Shown: positions 29,926 through 45,724, counted from the first letter of the stretch. The stretch: 64,000 bases of DNA from Eledone cirrhosa (GCA_964016885.1 OZ024741.1:136152001-136216000); one strand, 5' to 3'. Notes: generated by a model not told the origin, from the letters alone. Numbers and translations: made by a program.

Positions 29926-30070
29926 AAAGTTATATTTAAATTGTTGGGTTACAACTAGTAAATATTTATAACTGAGGAAGGCATAGCATATTGTTAATAT
30001 GATATCCCTGAAATATATATAATGAAATAAATATGGTTTTATAAATATAATTTCCATTTATTTAATATTG
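29923..30070 (+). mobile_element. Deleted derivative of the 24713-25168 palindromic hammerhead element
   Basis: The reverse complement of 25116-25168 is joined at CTGA to the sequence of 24981-25080. The hammerhead core is retained and the 5' strand of stem I is lost. Confidence 0.85.
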
Positions 30071-30618
30071 TATATATATATATACATATTTATATATAAA
30101 TGTGTGTTTGTATTAAAACCACACAAATCAAATCTGTATTTTATTGATACTCGTTATCACTTAATAGCAAAATGTAGGAGAGAATCATTGTCTGAATTGT
30201 TGAAAATTTGTATGTGTGAAAACTCATGTTGTACGAATGGATTCCACAATCAATCCATTGTTCTTCTTGAACAAATGCAGATGAGATGGTGAATCAATGA
30301 CTAACAATAATAACATAATTTTACATATAAATACAACAATCAGAATAAGCGAAGGAAACAAAAGAAGTGCCTAAAATAATAGATTTTCATATCCCCCCAA
30401 AGGAAACTATAGTTTAAATATGCATGAATAATTTGTCCTGCCTCACAAATATGTCTCATTTTATCAACTATTCATATTGTTTGCATAAATCTATTTTACG
30501 AAAATAGTATAAATCCGTTTGAAAATCAGCATTGTATGTATCAAAAAACACAGGATAAATTTATCATTTATGTTCTTGGCTGTTTGATCGAACAGTACTG
30601 ATGCTAAATCAATCAACG

Positions 30619-30726
<108 letters not shown>

Positions 30727-31428
30727 TGTGTGTGTGTTTGATATCAGTACATAACAACCAACGAAAGGTTATCTCATATTTCGTTCACTCCTTCTGTCTC
30801 TCTGAAATGTTAACTATATAGTGGATGTTTCCTTATTTTCTAAACGGACAGAATGGCAAAGAAATCACTCTGAAGGATAGCTAAGAAGATACGTTTATAT
30901 CCGTATTTTTGTTTCTTTTATTATCAAATATTATATCGGTACATGACTATGAAAGCGTAGAATCAATTAAACTGTCCCTGTTGTCTCATTTTACGAGAAT
31001 AATATCAATCCTTTGAATATCATTTTTTTTCTATATCAAAAAACACCGGGTAGATTTATCACTATATATATCCGTCATGTTTTCATTTTTTTCTTTTGAT
31101 GGTAAACATATAAATACATGGCCTCGAAAAGACAGTGTCACGGTTGTATCATTAGAACCTATCTTATCGGTTATGGAAATATTATTTACTGAATTTATTC
31201 AAGTGGAATTTGAGCACAGAATCTAGAACGGAATAGCTAGACACAAACTTTATTTAGTTACTGCTATTAAATATTTGGCTATTTCATTTCAGTAAAATAT
31301 GTTTCAATATAACTAACAAACGCAAGGCTTTTACATTAATGTTTCCACTCTTTTGTTCATAGTTATCTCGTCGAATTTTACAAAATATATAAATGATAAA
31401 TAAAGTTTTTTATCAAATAAAATTCTTA

Positions 31429-31508
31429 AATAATTTTCAGCAATTTCTAAATATTTTCTGATACATAATAATTTTCAGCAATTTCTGAATATTTTCTGAT
31501 ACATAATC
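31429..31508. repeat. 38-bp tandem duplication
   Basis: AATAATTTTCAGCAATTTCT(A/G)AATATTTTCTGATACAT twice. Confidence 0.9.
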
Positions 31509-34500
31509 TCTTCTTTAGTATAAATAATACTCCTAGTTGTAACTGTTAAGTTACTGTAAAGATATGTATGTTGCATACAAATCTTTGTTAGATTAAGAAT
31601 GTAAGACAAAACATGTATAGGCACCGGGAAAAAAATTAGTTTATAGAGCGTAAGCCTTTGTAATGGAATATAAAGCTCGAGTATACTTTAAGGGGTTGTT
31701 AAATGACCACTGAAAACTTTGACTTCTAATGTGCAGATGGCAAATCAGTCGTGAAAAATTATACTTATTCGGGTTTATAGCTACGATACAGCAAGAAAAG
31801 CTGAAATTGCTGCGCTGTTGCTCGGACCTGGCAACTGATGTCTTTGTGAGAAATTTCCATTATTCCGCAGGGTTTATGACTCAGTGTTATAACAAAAATA
31901 TATAAGTGAATATCGTAGAATCTTATTAATTTATGAACTGATACTTTTAATGTAGATATTTAATTATGAGTTTTTTTCATTGCTATGCTTATAATTTAAA
32001 ACTAGTTATGCCTACATTGAATATATCTCATATAATTCACGAATAGCACTATTTTTATTATGACCTAAAATTGCTTTCACTTGGAAGGATTACTTTCTTT
32101 TTTAACACCTTTCATACTAAATCGCCTAAAACTGCCTTCCGTTCTACGATACAAAGCTGTCTGTGGTAAGATGCTTATATTTATCTAAAGATCTTTCATC
32201 GTAAGAATATTTAAGTAATGTTCGAAACGTCAGCTTAAGAATGAGGCAAATATATTTCTAATTCCTCTACAAAATAAAATTGATTATTTCCCATCAAAGT
32301 TATTTAAAAATCTTGGACAGTGCCTTTCATTACAAATAGGTTGAAGAAAAGATTAAATCTTTCATACTTATCTAAAACCGATGCAATATAAATTTCTGTA
32401 AGGATCTTTAAGTGATGTTCCAAAAACCAGCTTAACGAAAATGTTCGATGTATTACTAAATCCCTCCTAATCATGTTTTTAAAATCTACTCGGAATTCAT
32501 ATGCAGTGTTTTATTGAAAGGGTTAATGATGTAAAGAAAGGAAAATATTGGAACATGAGACAGAATTGATTATCTTTACGAAAAATCCATTTTCCTTTGT
32601 CATTTTATGAGTGTGTTGAAATTATATATTTAGTGTCAATTACATTCATTTAAGTTCTGCAATAGTGTATGACTGACATAGTTCCCTTACATATTTTGTA
32701 CCTAGCTTCCAAAATTAATAGGTCTTCATTTTAGATAAACAACAATGAGATGAATATCATAGAAATTTCGGAAAAAGACCTTGACAATAAGATATACCGC
32801 CCGTTTTCCGATATTCATTAAAAAAGGCACCAATGAATTCGCCTGTTTACACGCATCACGGGCATTTTTCACTACACACGTACATACAACCTCAAAACAC
32901 ACGTACAAAACACATACACACACCATACTACAGGCATATATCACATCATAGATACGAGTATACATCACATGCATATGCACGAATACACAGGGGCAAACAA
33001 AAAACAGGAAAGAATACATTCGGCTCCTCACAATATGTTTTAGCATCTCTTTAGAACGCGATTTCAATTTTTATTAAACTTATTTTGCATGACCTTTAAC
33101 ACTAAATCAATGATACATGTATATCTCACCAATGATGCAGAAAATTTCCTTCAAAACTAAATGCAATAATACGACGTGGAAATATCACAGATGTTGTTCA
33201 TTTCCCTTGAAGCAAAGTCAATATTTTTAGAATGTTATTGCAGTGAGTTAAATGTGGTAAAGCACTAAATAAATGTTTTCACTCACACGTTATTGACCGT
33301 ATTTGTACTATTTACACTGTAGAGGCTCGATGTATAACCTGGCCCTAGAACCATTTTGTTGTGTAAAATAGATATTAATCAAAATGCTGAAAGGGCTGAA
33401 ATGTCCTTGTACTTGGTAGTTTTTTTTAGAACATTATTAGGATAAAATATAACTTTTCAAATAAATTTTTTTCTCTTCTGAAAGGAACACGATTATACTG
33501 TGAATTTTAAGTATCTTTGAATAGCGTTTTCTAAAAACGTGTAGTTTCCAAACGAAATGAGTTAAACACTTGAAAATTACGATCAATTACTTGAATAAAA
33601 TCAAAGTTGAAACTTCTTGGAAGATACAACGCTATGATCTAAATTAAAATGAATATCTCCCAAAAAAGTGAAATTACTTAAAATTGGGAAATGATTTAAT
33701 AAGCAACCATTCAGCGTGAGATAAAAGGAAAACTAATTGTTTCATAATCTGTAGTATCGTGAAAAGATGACAGAAAACTTTGAATATCAGCCCAGGGCTA
33801 ACTCTTCAGATTTTCTTTGTCTTGAATTAATACGGAAGTTAATTAAGGTGTCGAAATGGCAATCTAGTAAAATACTATGCGCTGAAATTTTATAGACCGC
33901 TGAGTTTCCGCACCCGAAAGTTATTACTATTTCTATTGTCGCAAAGTTAAACACTACTATAGCATTTTTTAATTCCCATCCAGGTTTTGTCATAACCGCA
34001 AGTAGGTCGCATACCATACAAAAAAACATTTTATCTTTTTGAATATGAAAGCAGTATTTTCATGTTAATTTTTTATAACGTTAAAAAATACTGATAAAAT
34101 TGAAATGATTTTACATAAGTTGTAAGAAAATAATTAATAAAATTATATTCAACATTATCCGTAATATTTCAAAGCATTGCAGAAAAATAGTGATTTATTA
34201 ATTAATTCAATAACATTATAAACCTATAGAACGAACCTCGTTCTATTTGGATAATACAAACAAAATCATTGACAAGAAAAGAAAGAAAATAGGAACTATT
34301 GAATCATATGCTACTCTCCAGGATAATAGAAATTATTCTGTGGAATCAAATCAGAAAAGAAATATGATAAAGAAGCTAAATAGATAGAAGTGGATTAGTA
34401 TCAACAAGTCTTCATATCGGTAAGCTACATCTCATCTCAAATATAGAATAACATTTCCAAGGGAGGAAGATTCACCTTGACGTATATATACACTAAAGAA

Positions 34501-35073
34501 TCAATAAAACATTTATAAAAATGAAGCAGAATAAATATGAGATAAAATGGGGATTTCAGGACCTGAAAGCAAATATAATAGGAAAAAAAAAAACAATGGA
34601 GCAAGTAAAGAAAAGATTTGTGTGTATACAAGAATTATAAAAGAGGACTTTAATAAACAGGAAGACAGCTGAATACCAAAATAAACAAGAAGACCTCCGA
34701 TTACAATTCAATCAGATAACAAAATATCAATAATGCTTACTGTACTATACAAACTGCATTAAATGTGTGCATTGGATTTCTTCGTTCCATTTTAAAATCC
34801 GCAATCTAAATATATACAAGAGTTACAAAATCTGGGATCCATCTCATAGAAAATCACTAGGTTCATATTATGTATATATTTAGAGAAATGCGTACAGAAC
34901 AACCTACACTAGTTAGCAGGTTACTCCTATCGTATTGAAAGACGAACAATGGTATGTATATTTATTAAGCATGCAAGAGATGTCAACATGAATGGACCTG
35001 TTCTTTTTATCTAAAGACATTTTTTCCAATTCCATCCTACCCGTTCCCTCAATCTATCTTATTTCTCATTATT

Positions 35074-35109
35074 TCTTCTGACGAAGGACTAGCGTCCGAA
35101 ACGGTAAGA
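35074..35109 (+). ncRNA. Minimal hammerhead motif (variant) near the 3' end of a repeat that abuts (TA)n
   Basis: UCUU CUGACGA A GGAC-UAGC-GUCC GAAAC GGU AAGA; more degenerate homologue at 28075-28120. Confidence 0.55.
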
Positions 35110-35219
35110 CCTTCTTCCTGCTATATCAACCGTTAACCTAATATATCCCTTCCATATACTGTACCGATTGTGTTGTTATTTCTGTTTACCTTTTACATAC
35201 ACATATATATATATATCTA

Positions 35220-35312
<93 letters not shown>

Positions 35313-35997
35313 TGGGGAGGAGCGTTATATATACACAATACCATACACATATTAGTTTAGTAGGAACCCCTTATAACTCCTGATAGAAATTGAGCCAACA
35401 CCTAGACATCGTGGTATTGTTACAAACGCCTCACTGAACTTCATTGGGGAAACAACTAAGAAAAGGTTTTAGTGGTTAGGATGTTTGACTTCCACTTGTA
35501 ATGTTATTTTATTCGCACTGCTCCAGTCCAATCAACTGTCCAATCAATAGATTGTTCCTTTCACCAACTATCACACTGAATTTCCATAACTTCGTTAAGA
35601 GCGCACGTGTCTCTGGATGGCACAACCACTCACGCGTTAATTTCACTGGCAAGCTGATTCACTGTTCTAACAAATGGAACACTAGTCATTGGAACCGACG
35701 GATATCAAACACATAACATACAGACATACACTATATATGTATATTAACAAAGCATCTTGTATAAATGGCGAGTTGATAAAGTCTTACTTTATTCTTTGAC
35801 TGATTTTATTCATTTGACTGCGGTCATATTGAGACACCGCTTTGAATGGATTTTAGTCGATCATATCGACTTAGTACTTTCTTGTCAAGTTTAGAACTCA
35901 TTCTATCAGTGAGATGCAGATAAAGAATCGACCCCAGTACTAGACTAGTAATATATTTATGGACCTTGGTGGGTTTTGTACGCTGTAGCTTGGAACA

Positions 35998-36056
<59 letters not shown>

Positions 36057-36679
36057 TTTCTTATTCTTTTGGTGACATGATAAAACCTTTCTCTCTCATA
36101 CGAACAGGCATTAACTGCCCCAATTCTTCACCGGATAGTTCTGTATCTTCCTCAATGACACTCTTTAACGTCTTGAGAGGCTATCGCGCGTGTGCGTTTC
36201 ATATTTCTGGGCTCCCATAATAAACGTTTTGTAGCAAGTTGAAGACGCCTGACACGGATGGTATAGCTAATGCTCAGTAAGTTGCCGTAGAGAATTTTGG
36301 TGATATTATCGTTCTTAACATTCATATGTAGAAACCATGTAAAGCATTGGTGATAGGTATTGTCGCAGGCTACGATTTGCAGGAATACAGTAAAACTGAT
36401 TGCATTGTAGCTGTGAATAATTTAACTTTTGTTTTTGTGGTTATGTTAGTTTTCCACACCTTATCTAATGAGTTCATAGCAAACCATATATACAGCATTC
36501 TATCCGACGTTCTAACAACTCTTCCACTTTCACACTTTCGTTGATTTATCCACTACTATATTGTATATGTATTAGTTAGCGTTATTATTGACCTTTTTTA
36601 TGCATTAGAGTTATTTCAACTTTGGCTGCTTTCCACGTTTTCATTTTCTATTTCTGTACAGTAAGTGTAAATACACTTG

Positions 36680-36727
36680 GTATATATATATATGTATATA
36701 TATATATACATATATATTATTTTATAT

Positions 36728-36758
<31 letters not shown>

Positions 36759-36901
36759 TATTTTATATTATATATATTATTTTATATTATATATATATAT
36801 ATATATATATATTATTTTATATTATATATATATATACATATATAAATATATATATATATATTATATATATTTTATATATATATATATATATTTTTTATAT
36901 A

Positions 36902-36980
<79 letters not shown>

Positions 36981-37183
36981 AATATATATATTATATATTT
37001 TATATATATATAATATATATATATATATATTATATATATATTATATATATATATATATATATTATATATAATATATATAATATATATATATATATATTAT
37101 ATATATAATATATATATATATATTATATATATATATTATATATATAATATATATATATATATTATATATATAATATATATATA

Positions 37184-37228
<45 letters not shown>

Positions 37229-37510
37229 AATATATATATATATATATTATATATATAATATATATATATTATATTATATATATATTATATATATATATTA
37301 TATTATATATATATATATATTATATTATATATATATTATTAAATATATATATATATATATTATATATTATATTATATATTATATTATATATATATATATT
37401 ATATATATATTATATATATTATATATATATTATATTATATATATATTATATATATATTATATTATATATACATATATATATATATATATATTATATTATA
37501 TATATATATG
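36680..37510. repeat. ~0.8-kb almost pure A/T array, (TA)n with TT/AA phase shifts
   Basis: Directly visible. Confidence 0.95.
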
Positions 37511-37580
37511 TGTGTGCGTATGTGTGTGCGTCTGTTTGTTTGTTTATATATACGTATATATATGTGTGTATTTGTGTGTG

Positions 37581-37642
<62 letters not shown>

Positions 37643-39445
37643 AATCTATACGTGGGAGGTAGGTGAGTAGATACATATTATTGGAAACCGATTCACCTTT
37701 TATACTGGATATAAAAACCGATATTAATGTTATTCTTCTTACGTTTAGAACAACAATAAGAACAATAACTAATCATGACTCTGTTCTGATAGGACAAAAG
37801 AAACACACATTGTAAAGAATTATTAAATTACTGGTACATTGAGTCGCCTCATTCTATTGGAAACATTAACTCTTTCGTGACCGTATTTTTCATAAAATAC
37901 ATTATGTACCGATTAATTAAAGAGGCATTTTGAATGATTTACTAAAATTATTTCATCACTAAGATAGAAACTTAACATATGGATATTATATAAAATTGTT
38001 AGATTTTAATTTAAATAGGTCTTTTAAAATGGTTGGTTATTTCTCGTTTAACAAGAACCGATTTTTGCCAGCTAGGTAACAAGTATGTTTAAGGTTATAT
38101 TTTTCTAGTTTCCGAATTGGGGAAAGGTAGATAATATAACAGGTTAATTGATTAACGCACAAACTGTGGAATTGATCTTCGTTGGCATCGACGATGAGCG
38201 TATGATTAGTTCGATTAACGGTACAGACCGCTCATGAAATAAATGTGTATGTGTATGTGGTTGAGCATCCCACATACATGTGCAGCCTTAACGTAATTTT
38301 AAGGGAGATTCACCGTGAAACAGTATGTAATAAGGCGAAACCATTGAAGTACAGGTACAGACCATCCGCCCGGCTTTCACACAATCTCCATCTACACAGT
38401 TTTCTTCGCAAGCTTTCGCTATGGTAAATGACACCTCCCTGGGGTTTATTCCTTAGTGTAAGATCGAATCCAGAATCTTATGATTGAGAAAGAAACTTCT
38501 TCAATATGTTGCATCTACAACATAGAAAAGATATTCAGAAAATCGATGCAAAATTAGATTCAGTATCGAAAACATTGTTAAAATTATTTTTTGAAATATT
38601 CAAACGTTTTAACATAAGTAGTTCATAATTTTCTAAAGTATTTTAAATGCAAGTATATATGAGATCTGTTATAGGTTGAATATTTTTTCTGAGTAAACAC
38701 TGAGAATTTGCAAAAATATCTCATATAGACCCATTTAAAAGCACTTTATGAAAATATGTTTTCATTTTTTAAATCTAATTTCTCAACTATTCATAAATAC
38801 TTTGATATATTTATTGCTTCGTTATTATAAAAAAAATAAACATCTATTGATATTATAATTATATTAGCATATAACTATATCTCAATAAAACCTATGCTAG
38901 TAATGTATTGACTCTCTTTTCAATGTCGATGTTGCACTGTGAAGTTCAACCTACTGCTCTGTAGATTTTATATACGGGATGAGAAGTACTTAGAACACAA
39001 GGTCACTCAAGCATGATAAATTCATTAAGCTAGTTAATCTAAACTTAATCCTAATATTATAGTCATCATTATGCATTTTTCTTTTAATTTTCCTCGATGT
39101 AATGCATTGATCAATGTAATCGCTACATATGAAGGGATTTCTAAAGGAATAATACTACAGATGTTTATGCTTCACTGAACGAGGGTCAAATATGTAACTT
39201 ATTTCTTAGTTGCAACAGCAAGAAAATTGTACTCATGTGCATAATTCGATATTCTTATGTCCTGTGATTCGATTAACAATGCCAGTAAATAGAGATTTAC
39301 CAAACGTTCAATTGAATGATATTTGTTTTGTGATTTAAGTGAACTTTAATGGCCATAATTTGTAAATGGAAATTTCTCATTGGCAACATCCATTAACTTG
39401 ATATATTGACCATTAGGAACAAGAACTGAGTATTATACACACACT

Positions 39446-39583
<138 letters not shown>

Positions 39584-40121
39584 GTAATTCATCGAATAAT
39601 TTACTGTTATAAATACGATGATAAACAGTATATTTTATATAGAAAGTAATGAAACATATGAATGATGAATTGTGATAAAAGATGGAATGAGTCTCAAATG
39701 AAATAAGATTTCATTAAATTGTCTCTTTTAACAAAAATGGTGTCTCTAAACGATATTTCATATTGAGTATGGCTTTGCTGATATTCTTTAAAATATATTT
39801 TAAGTATTTTTGATTCGTTTGAGCACTTATTGCTATAGAATTGGTAAATAACATTTTAAAATAAAATACACCCCAAACGTTAGCGATATCTGGGAACATA
39901 GAATATTTAACCCTCAGAAAATCACAATAACTTTGATATAAATAACAATTAGAAAAATATACTCAATGATTACCATTTCTTTTTATTTATTTATACGTGC
40001 ACAAACAAACACACAAACACACACATTGATTATATATAGTTATGGCTACAAGTGATGAGCAGTAGCTGATTCCTTCTTTTGACTAATATTGTAATATATA
40101 TGTCTGTGTTTGCGTGCGCGC

Positions 40122-40223
<102 letters not shown>

Positions 40224-41604
40224 ACAGATGTGCATGTATATACGGATGAAACTCTGCTAGTCCTCTAGAAGTAATTTCTATAATATAAAGATATCTATAT
40301 CATACGAACGTATTGAGTACCTGTTTTAACTATGTTCTATCACAATTACATGGAATAGTGTGACTCCGATAAAATTGGCCACCGTCCAGGTGGTAGTGTA
40401 AGATTGAACAGCGGATTTAAGTAGGCCACGATGGAATTTGGACGCAGGGCAAAAAACAGTTGGAGCAATCCCACTAAGTATCTCATCCAACGCTTCAACA
40501 CATCACCGATTCGGTAATGGGCTGGTAACTTATTGCATCAACCCTGAAAGAATGAAAGTCAAGGATTTACTTTAATAGGTATTAAACTTCAGAACGCAAC
40601 TAGCCGGAACAAATACCGCAAGGCATTTTGTCATGTGATTTGACTTTGCAAAATCCTATTGATAACATTTCATTCGGATCTCTACAGATTTGTGTTAAAT
40701 AGATTGAAAGACACGTCGTAAAGTCATTCTTCATGTTATATGGAACTTAGTTTATTTCGTCTACCTCACCTATTAACTCCACTTATGTCAAAACTTTCGG
40801 CTACGAAAATACGTGAAAATTTACATTTTTACAAATTATGTTCCATAAAAATGACGTTAGTAAAACATGGACACAATTAAATTCGTAGAAGTTAATATTT
40901 CATGAGATAACATTAAAAACTTATATTAACACTGGAAGATAATTTTCATTTTATCAGTTACACCACCTCTATTTTTTCTGGAGTTAATTTAATGATAACA
41001 ACAACTTAAGCAATGAAGAAGGGGAAAAATCAATGGAAAGGGGACATACCTTCGAGCTACAGATAATATTTCGATTCTCGATGTTTGGTGTAACTTTTCA
41101 AACTGTTGTGTATAATTTATTTTTATAAACCTTACAATGTCTAAAGGAAACAATCTAAATATTTCAACACGTTTATCATATTTTGATAGAATGATTTTCG
41201 TTATGTTCTTCACATTCAATTCTGCACAAAGTTGAAATGCAAACGAAACATCTCTAATGTTATTGGTATGTTGGTTGATCGGTTGGTCCAATGTCATATG
41301 TCATGCTTAAGAAGATAAATAGAAAGAAAGGTAAATAACGCATAAATGAAGAGACGTGCACACACATACATACATACACATATATATATATATATGTATA
41401 TTTATATATATATATACACACACTGCCGACTGCTCAGACAACAGCATATGCATATACTGTTAGTACAAATGTGTTTCCTTTTTGATTGGTTGGAATAAAC
41501 AATAGAACGTATTTGTCAATTTTCGCTAATCACTCGCCATTTATTTTAATTTTCCTTTATCTTAATACGATATTTGTTGTGATTCAGGACCAGCAATATG
41601 ATGG

Positions 41605-41805
41605 TTTCTGATTTAGACACAAGAACAAAAATTTTGTGAGAGTGGGAAACTCGATTAAATCGACCACAGTGGGTTACTAGTACTTTATTTTATCGACCCT
41701 GTAAGGATGAAAAGCAAAGCTAAGCTCGCCAGGAGATAAAAATCAGTTCGTAAAGGGCCGTAACTCTATGCCGGGAAGCATGTTCACCGATGCTCTACCG
41801 CACCA
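41605..41805 (-). mobile_element. Meta-domain-type SINE
   Basis: TCGATTAAATCGACCACAGT..TAGTACTTTATTTTATCGACCCTGTAAGGATGAAAAGCAAAG. Confidence 0.7.
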
Positions 41806-42211
41806 GCAATAAAATGAAACGTTTCAGCAAAATACAGGCATAATGGATGTATATATTTATCTTTATTAATACGTATATACCTTGCTATATATTTGCCTTT
41901 TGTTATCCAGTGGCAAATCTATCCTCTTAAAAATTGCCTTTCATGTGACAAACAAGTTAAAACAATACATTGAATTATTAATTTGGTGGACGCAAGAATG
42001 GCTGAGTGGGGTTTAAAGTATTCTTTGCAGTCCTGAGATGTTGGGTTCGATCCCAGTGCATGGCAACTTGTGTCTTTAAAATAGATTAGTGTCGACCTGA
42101 ACATCGTAGATGGAATAAGGTAATCAGAAAACTGCCTAGAAATGGACGGTGGCTGCAGTTCAAAGGAACAACCATGTCACGTTGATTCACGCAAAGGTTT
42201 TATTGCATATT

Positions 42212-42480
42212 GGTGGAACCTAGTGGTAAGTATATTGGACTTACGATCATAATGCCATAGGTGCGATTCACGGATTAGGTTGCGTGTAGTGTTCTTGCGC
42301 AAAACACTTCATTTCACGATGCTCCAGTTAAAAATAAGTACCAGCAATAGCTGGGGGTTTAATCCTGCGATAGACAGGTATCGTGTCCAGTGGGGAGTCT
42401 TGTAAACTCAGTCGCTTCATGCCATGGAACCGGGATATGCACCTGCCTATCAAGCCTTAAATGGATTAAGACAGACTTGT
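42212..42480 (+). mobile_element. tRNA-derived SINE with CORE-like and V-domain-like segments
   Basis: A box CCTAGTGGTAAG; GTGTTCTTGCGCAAAACACTT; CCTGCGATAGACAGGTATCGTGTCCAGTGGGGAG...GTCGCTTCATGC. Confidence 0.6.
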
Positions 42481-43084
42481 TTATTGCATACACAGCTATT
42501 TACACTATACTATAAATGGATTATACCTGTAATTCAAAGATGATGCCTTGTAATGTAATGTATCGTACTGATTCAGCTTGATAATTACGTTAAAAGTATA
42601 CGTGTATGTGTGATACTCAACCACTTACACGTTAATTAACGATTTGAACTTCACTTTTTCGAAGAAATATTGCTCTTTGTCGAAATAGATGGAAGATCCA
42701 TTATCATTCAAAATATGATTTGAAGTTTCCTTCATTAGTTGCAATACTTAAAAATGTGCCAATTCAATAAATGCAAAGCTGGCGGTTGCAAGATTGCTTG
42801 AAATATCAACAGAGAATCATGATCACATGACTCAAACGTTGCCGCAATAAATAGACTCTGAACACAGACGTGACAATTTTATGAAATATTATTTAATGGA
42901 CCATAAAAATTAATGCAGATATTTGTAATTTAGTTGAATAAAACTGTTAATATTTCTTTGACCAGTTGATAGATTTGTCATAACAATAACGCTGCTGCTG
43001 CTACTACTATTACTACTACTGCTGCTACTACAATCACCACCACCACCACCACCACCACTATTTATTTCCAATTTATAAACAAAA

Positions 43085-43258
43085 CCATCAAGTTTGCGGG
43101 GATGGAGAACGTCTATTGAATTAACCCAATACTCGCTTGGTATTTCATTTATCGACCCCAAACAGATGAAAAGCAAATTTGCTCTTGGTAGGACTTCAAC
43201 TCAGAACGTAAAGGACTGGAATGTTAATGCAATTTTGCGTGTTCTAATGATTCTGTTA
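43085..43258 (-). mobile_element. Meta-domain-type SINE, degenerate
   Basis: TTGGTATTTCATTTATCGACCCCAAACAGATGAAAAGCAAA...ACTCAGAACGTAAAG. Confidence 0.65.
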
Positions 43259-44054
43259 ATCAATAATAAAAATGATAATGATATATCATATTCACTGCTA
43301 ACACGGTCCATAGAAATACAATTTGTAGGTTAAAAGGATTGAGAACAGCGTGAAATCCATGTCAACATTTTATACATATTAGATATTATCTTTCTAAACT
43401 CTTCGAATTTGAAGTAATAGTGGTTTATTTCATTGTAGCTGTTGTTATAGTTTAGCTCTACACGAGCCCTAAATGGGCAAAGACTTGTGCTTTAGGAGTA
43501 TGCCTAGAATTACTTTCGACAATGTACCATTTAGAGCAGATTATCATTCAGTTTGATTGGACAAAAGGCCCTATCATTAAAACACTTGAGAATTCTACTT
43601 TGTATAAGACCAGGTAAACCTGTATAGATATAAGCTGTTCATTTTCTGTTGCATTACTGGCAGATTTGGTTGTTATTTCTAGTTAGGTGAATGCTTATGT
43701 AAATTCTCTTTTCTTGGCTTGAAATAATATTGATTCCCTACAAAGATATTTGGCGAAGGATGCATTAAAAAATGAAGACGTTTGGCTTTTGTTCTGTTTT
43801 GTTTCTTTTTCCTTGACGTCGATGCCTACAGAAAAATATAAATTTGATTTGACTACGTTCGTTTTTGCTATTGAGATTTGATATAGTCAATTGAATCATC
43901 TGCGTTGTTGCACTGTCAATTATGGACGGCATTGTGAACAGAGAGGCAAAAGCAGAACGCTAGAATATCTGTTTAACAATGATTGTCTGATGATTACAAT
44001 CTTAGACGTAGAGTGACGTTAACGCTTATATATATATATATTATATATACATAC

Positions 44055-44100
<46 letters not shown>

Positions 44101-44632
44101 GTGTGCGTGTGTATTTATATATATATGTACACACACACACACACAAAATAAACAATAAACGATTGCACATGCACCACACAGTAATAAAGTAATCAATAAA
44201 ATGTTGTAAAGTTCAAGCACATTGACTTATTCATTATATATATACATATAATGAATGTGTGTGTGTGTGTCTGTGTGGATGTGTGTGTGGATGTATTTAT
44301 GTATGTGTGTATGTATGTATGTATCAGTAACAGCACAGTGGCTAAAGTAACACGAAAGGTGTCATGCGAGTGTTATCATTGTGCATGACAATAGAATGGC
44401 TTTAGCAGTTATTTTCAAACTGGAAACACTTGACTACTAGAGGATTATTTCAAATTCCAGGATGAAAAGTTTAGCTGCAAAAGCTATTGGGGAAGCATTA
44501 AAACCGAGAAAGAATAATGTACATTGTGTATGTGTGTGTGTAGTAGTAGTACTTGATGCAAAATGGGATGGAGAGTTGATACATGGACGTGAGCTCCTAC
44601 GGGTTCTGCTCATGACTTCACACAGACGAGCG

Positions 44633-44721
<89 letters not shown>

Positions 44722-44950
44722 ACCATATTACAAGATTTTCTCAATTATTATGTACTAAATGGAATTATGTCTGAAGAAGCAGATTATATATATATATATA
44801 TTTTAGTATATGTTGGTTGTTTACAGACACCTCAGTATGCAGATTGTAGCACTCGACGAAGTACGCAGGTTGGTTTGGTTACTCCGGAGTAAGGTAAAAT
44901 AAAGTAATTAAGTCAAATATTTAAAATGTGGTTTCCTATTTTAAAGATGT

Positions 44951-45005
44951 ACTGCTATATATATTTCGGTGAGAGCCATCATTGGCTGTGACCTCTTCAG
45001 GCAGT
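44951..45005 (-). ncRNA. Type-I hammerhead ribozyme motif
   Basis: Minus strand: ACUGC CUGAAGA GGUCACAGCC-AAUGAU-GGCUCUCACC GAAA UAUAUAUA GCAGU. 5-bp stem I, long stem II. Confidence 0.8.
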
Positions 45006-45224
45006 CCGAATTGGTGTGGTAGAGACAGGCACACATGTTGTTAAAGTGTTTTAAAGCCTTTTACATTTATCGTTTTCGGTACGCCTCGCCGATTAACTCA
45101 TTCGATATGCAAATTAGGCTGCTCAGCCGTTAATATGCATAAGGAAAGTATATACTTTCAAACGTTCAATCATCTGACAGAAAGGTATACGATGCTGACG
45201 ATAGCTAATGAGTTTGAAACTAGT

Positions 45225-45436
45225 ACATCGTTCCTGTGTCAGTGTTGAACAAACGGGCGACGATGGTTGCTGAGCACTGTACGGCGTAATTCGGGCTGTT
45301 TGTTTACAAACAAACCGAACATTATAATAAATGTTCGGTAAACCCATACGTACATATATATATATATATGTGCATGTATGTATATATATACATACAACTG
45401 TACGTCTGTACACATATATGTATGTACGTATACATA

Positions 45437-45440
<4 letters not shown>
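45225..45440 (-). mobile_element. Half of a MITE-like element; inverted homologue of 62485-62718
   Basis: CATCGTTCCTGTGTCAGTGT...GTACGGCGTAATTCGGGCTGTTTG...ATTATAATAAATGTTCGGTAAACC plus a degenerate-TA terminal repeat. Confidence 0.8.
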
Positions 45441-45526
<86 letters not shown>

Positions 45527-45724
45527 CATATATATATATATTCATATATATATATACATATATATATAACTGTGGAGTGCTTCTAATCTATTGTGAAACT
45601 TTATTCATTGATTTATTCATTGAAACGTGTTTAAACTTTAAATATATATATACATATATATACATATATATATAGATATGTATACATATATATATATGTC
45701 TACATATATATTTATACATATATA

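Noticed and set aside
42212-42285. tRNA gene
   Set aside because: A and B boxes belong to SINE heads; no complete cloverleaf.
44827-44868. 42-bp plus-strand exon candidate (TTACAG|...CAG|GTTGGT)
   Set aside because: Weak donor, located within repeat-derived sequence, and no recognisable peptide.
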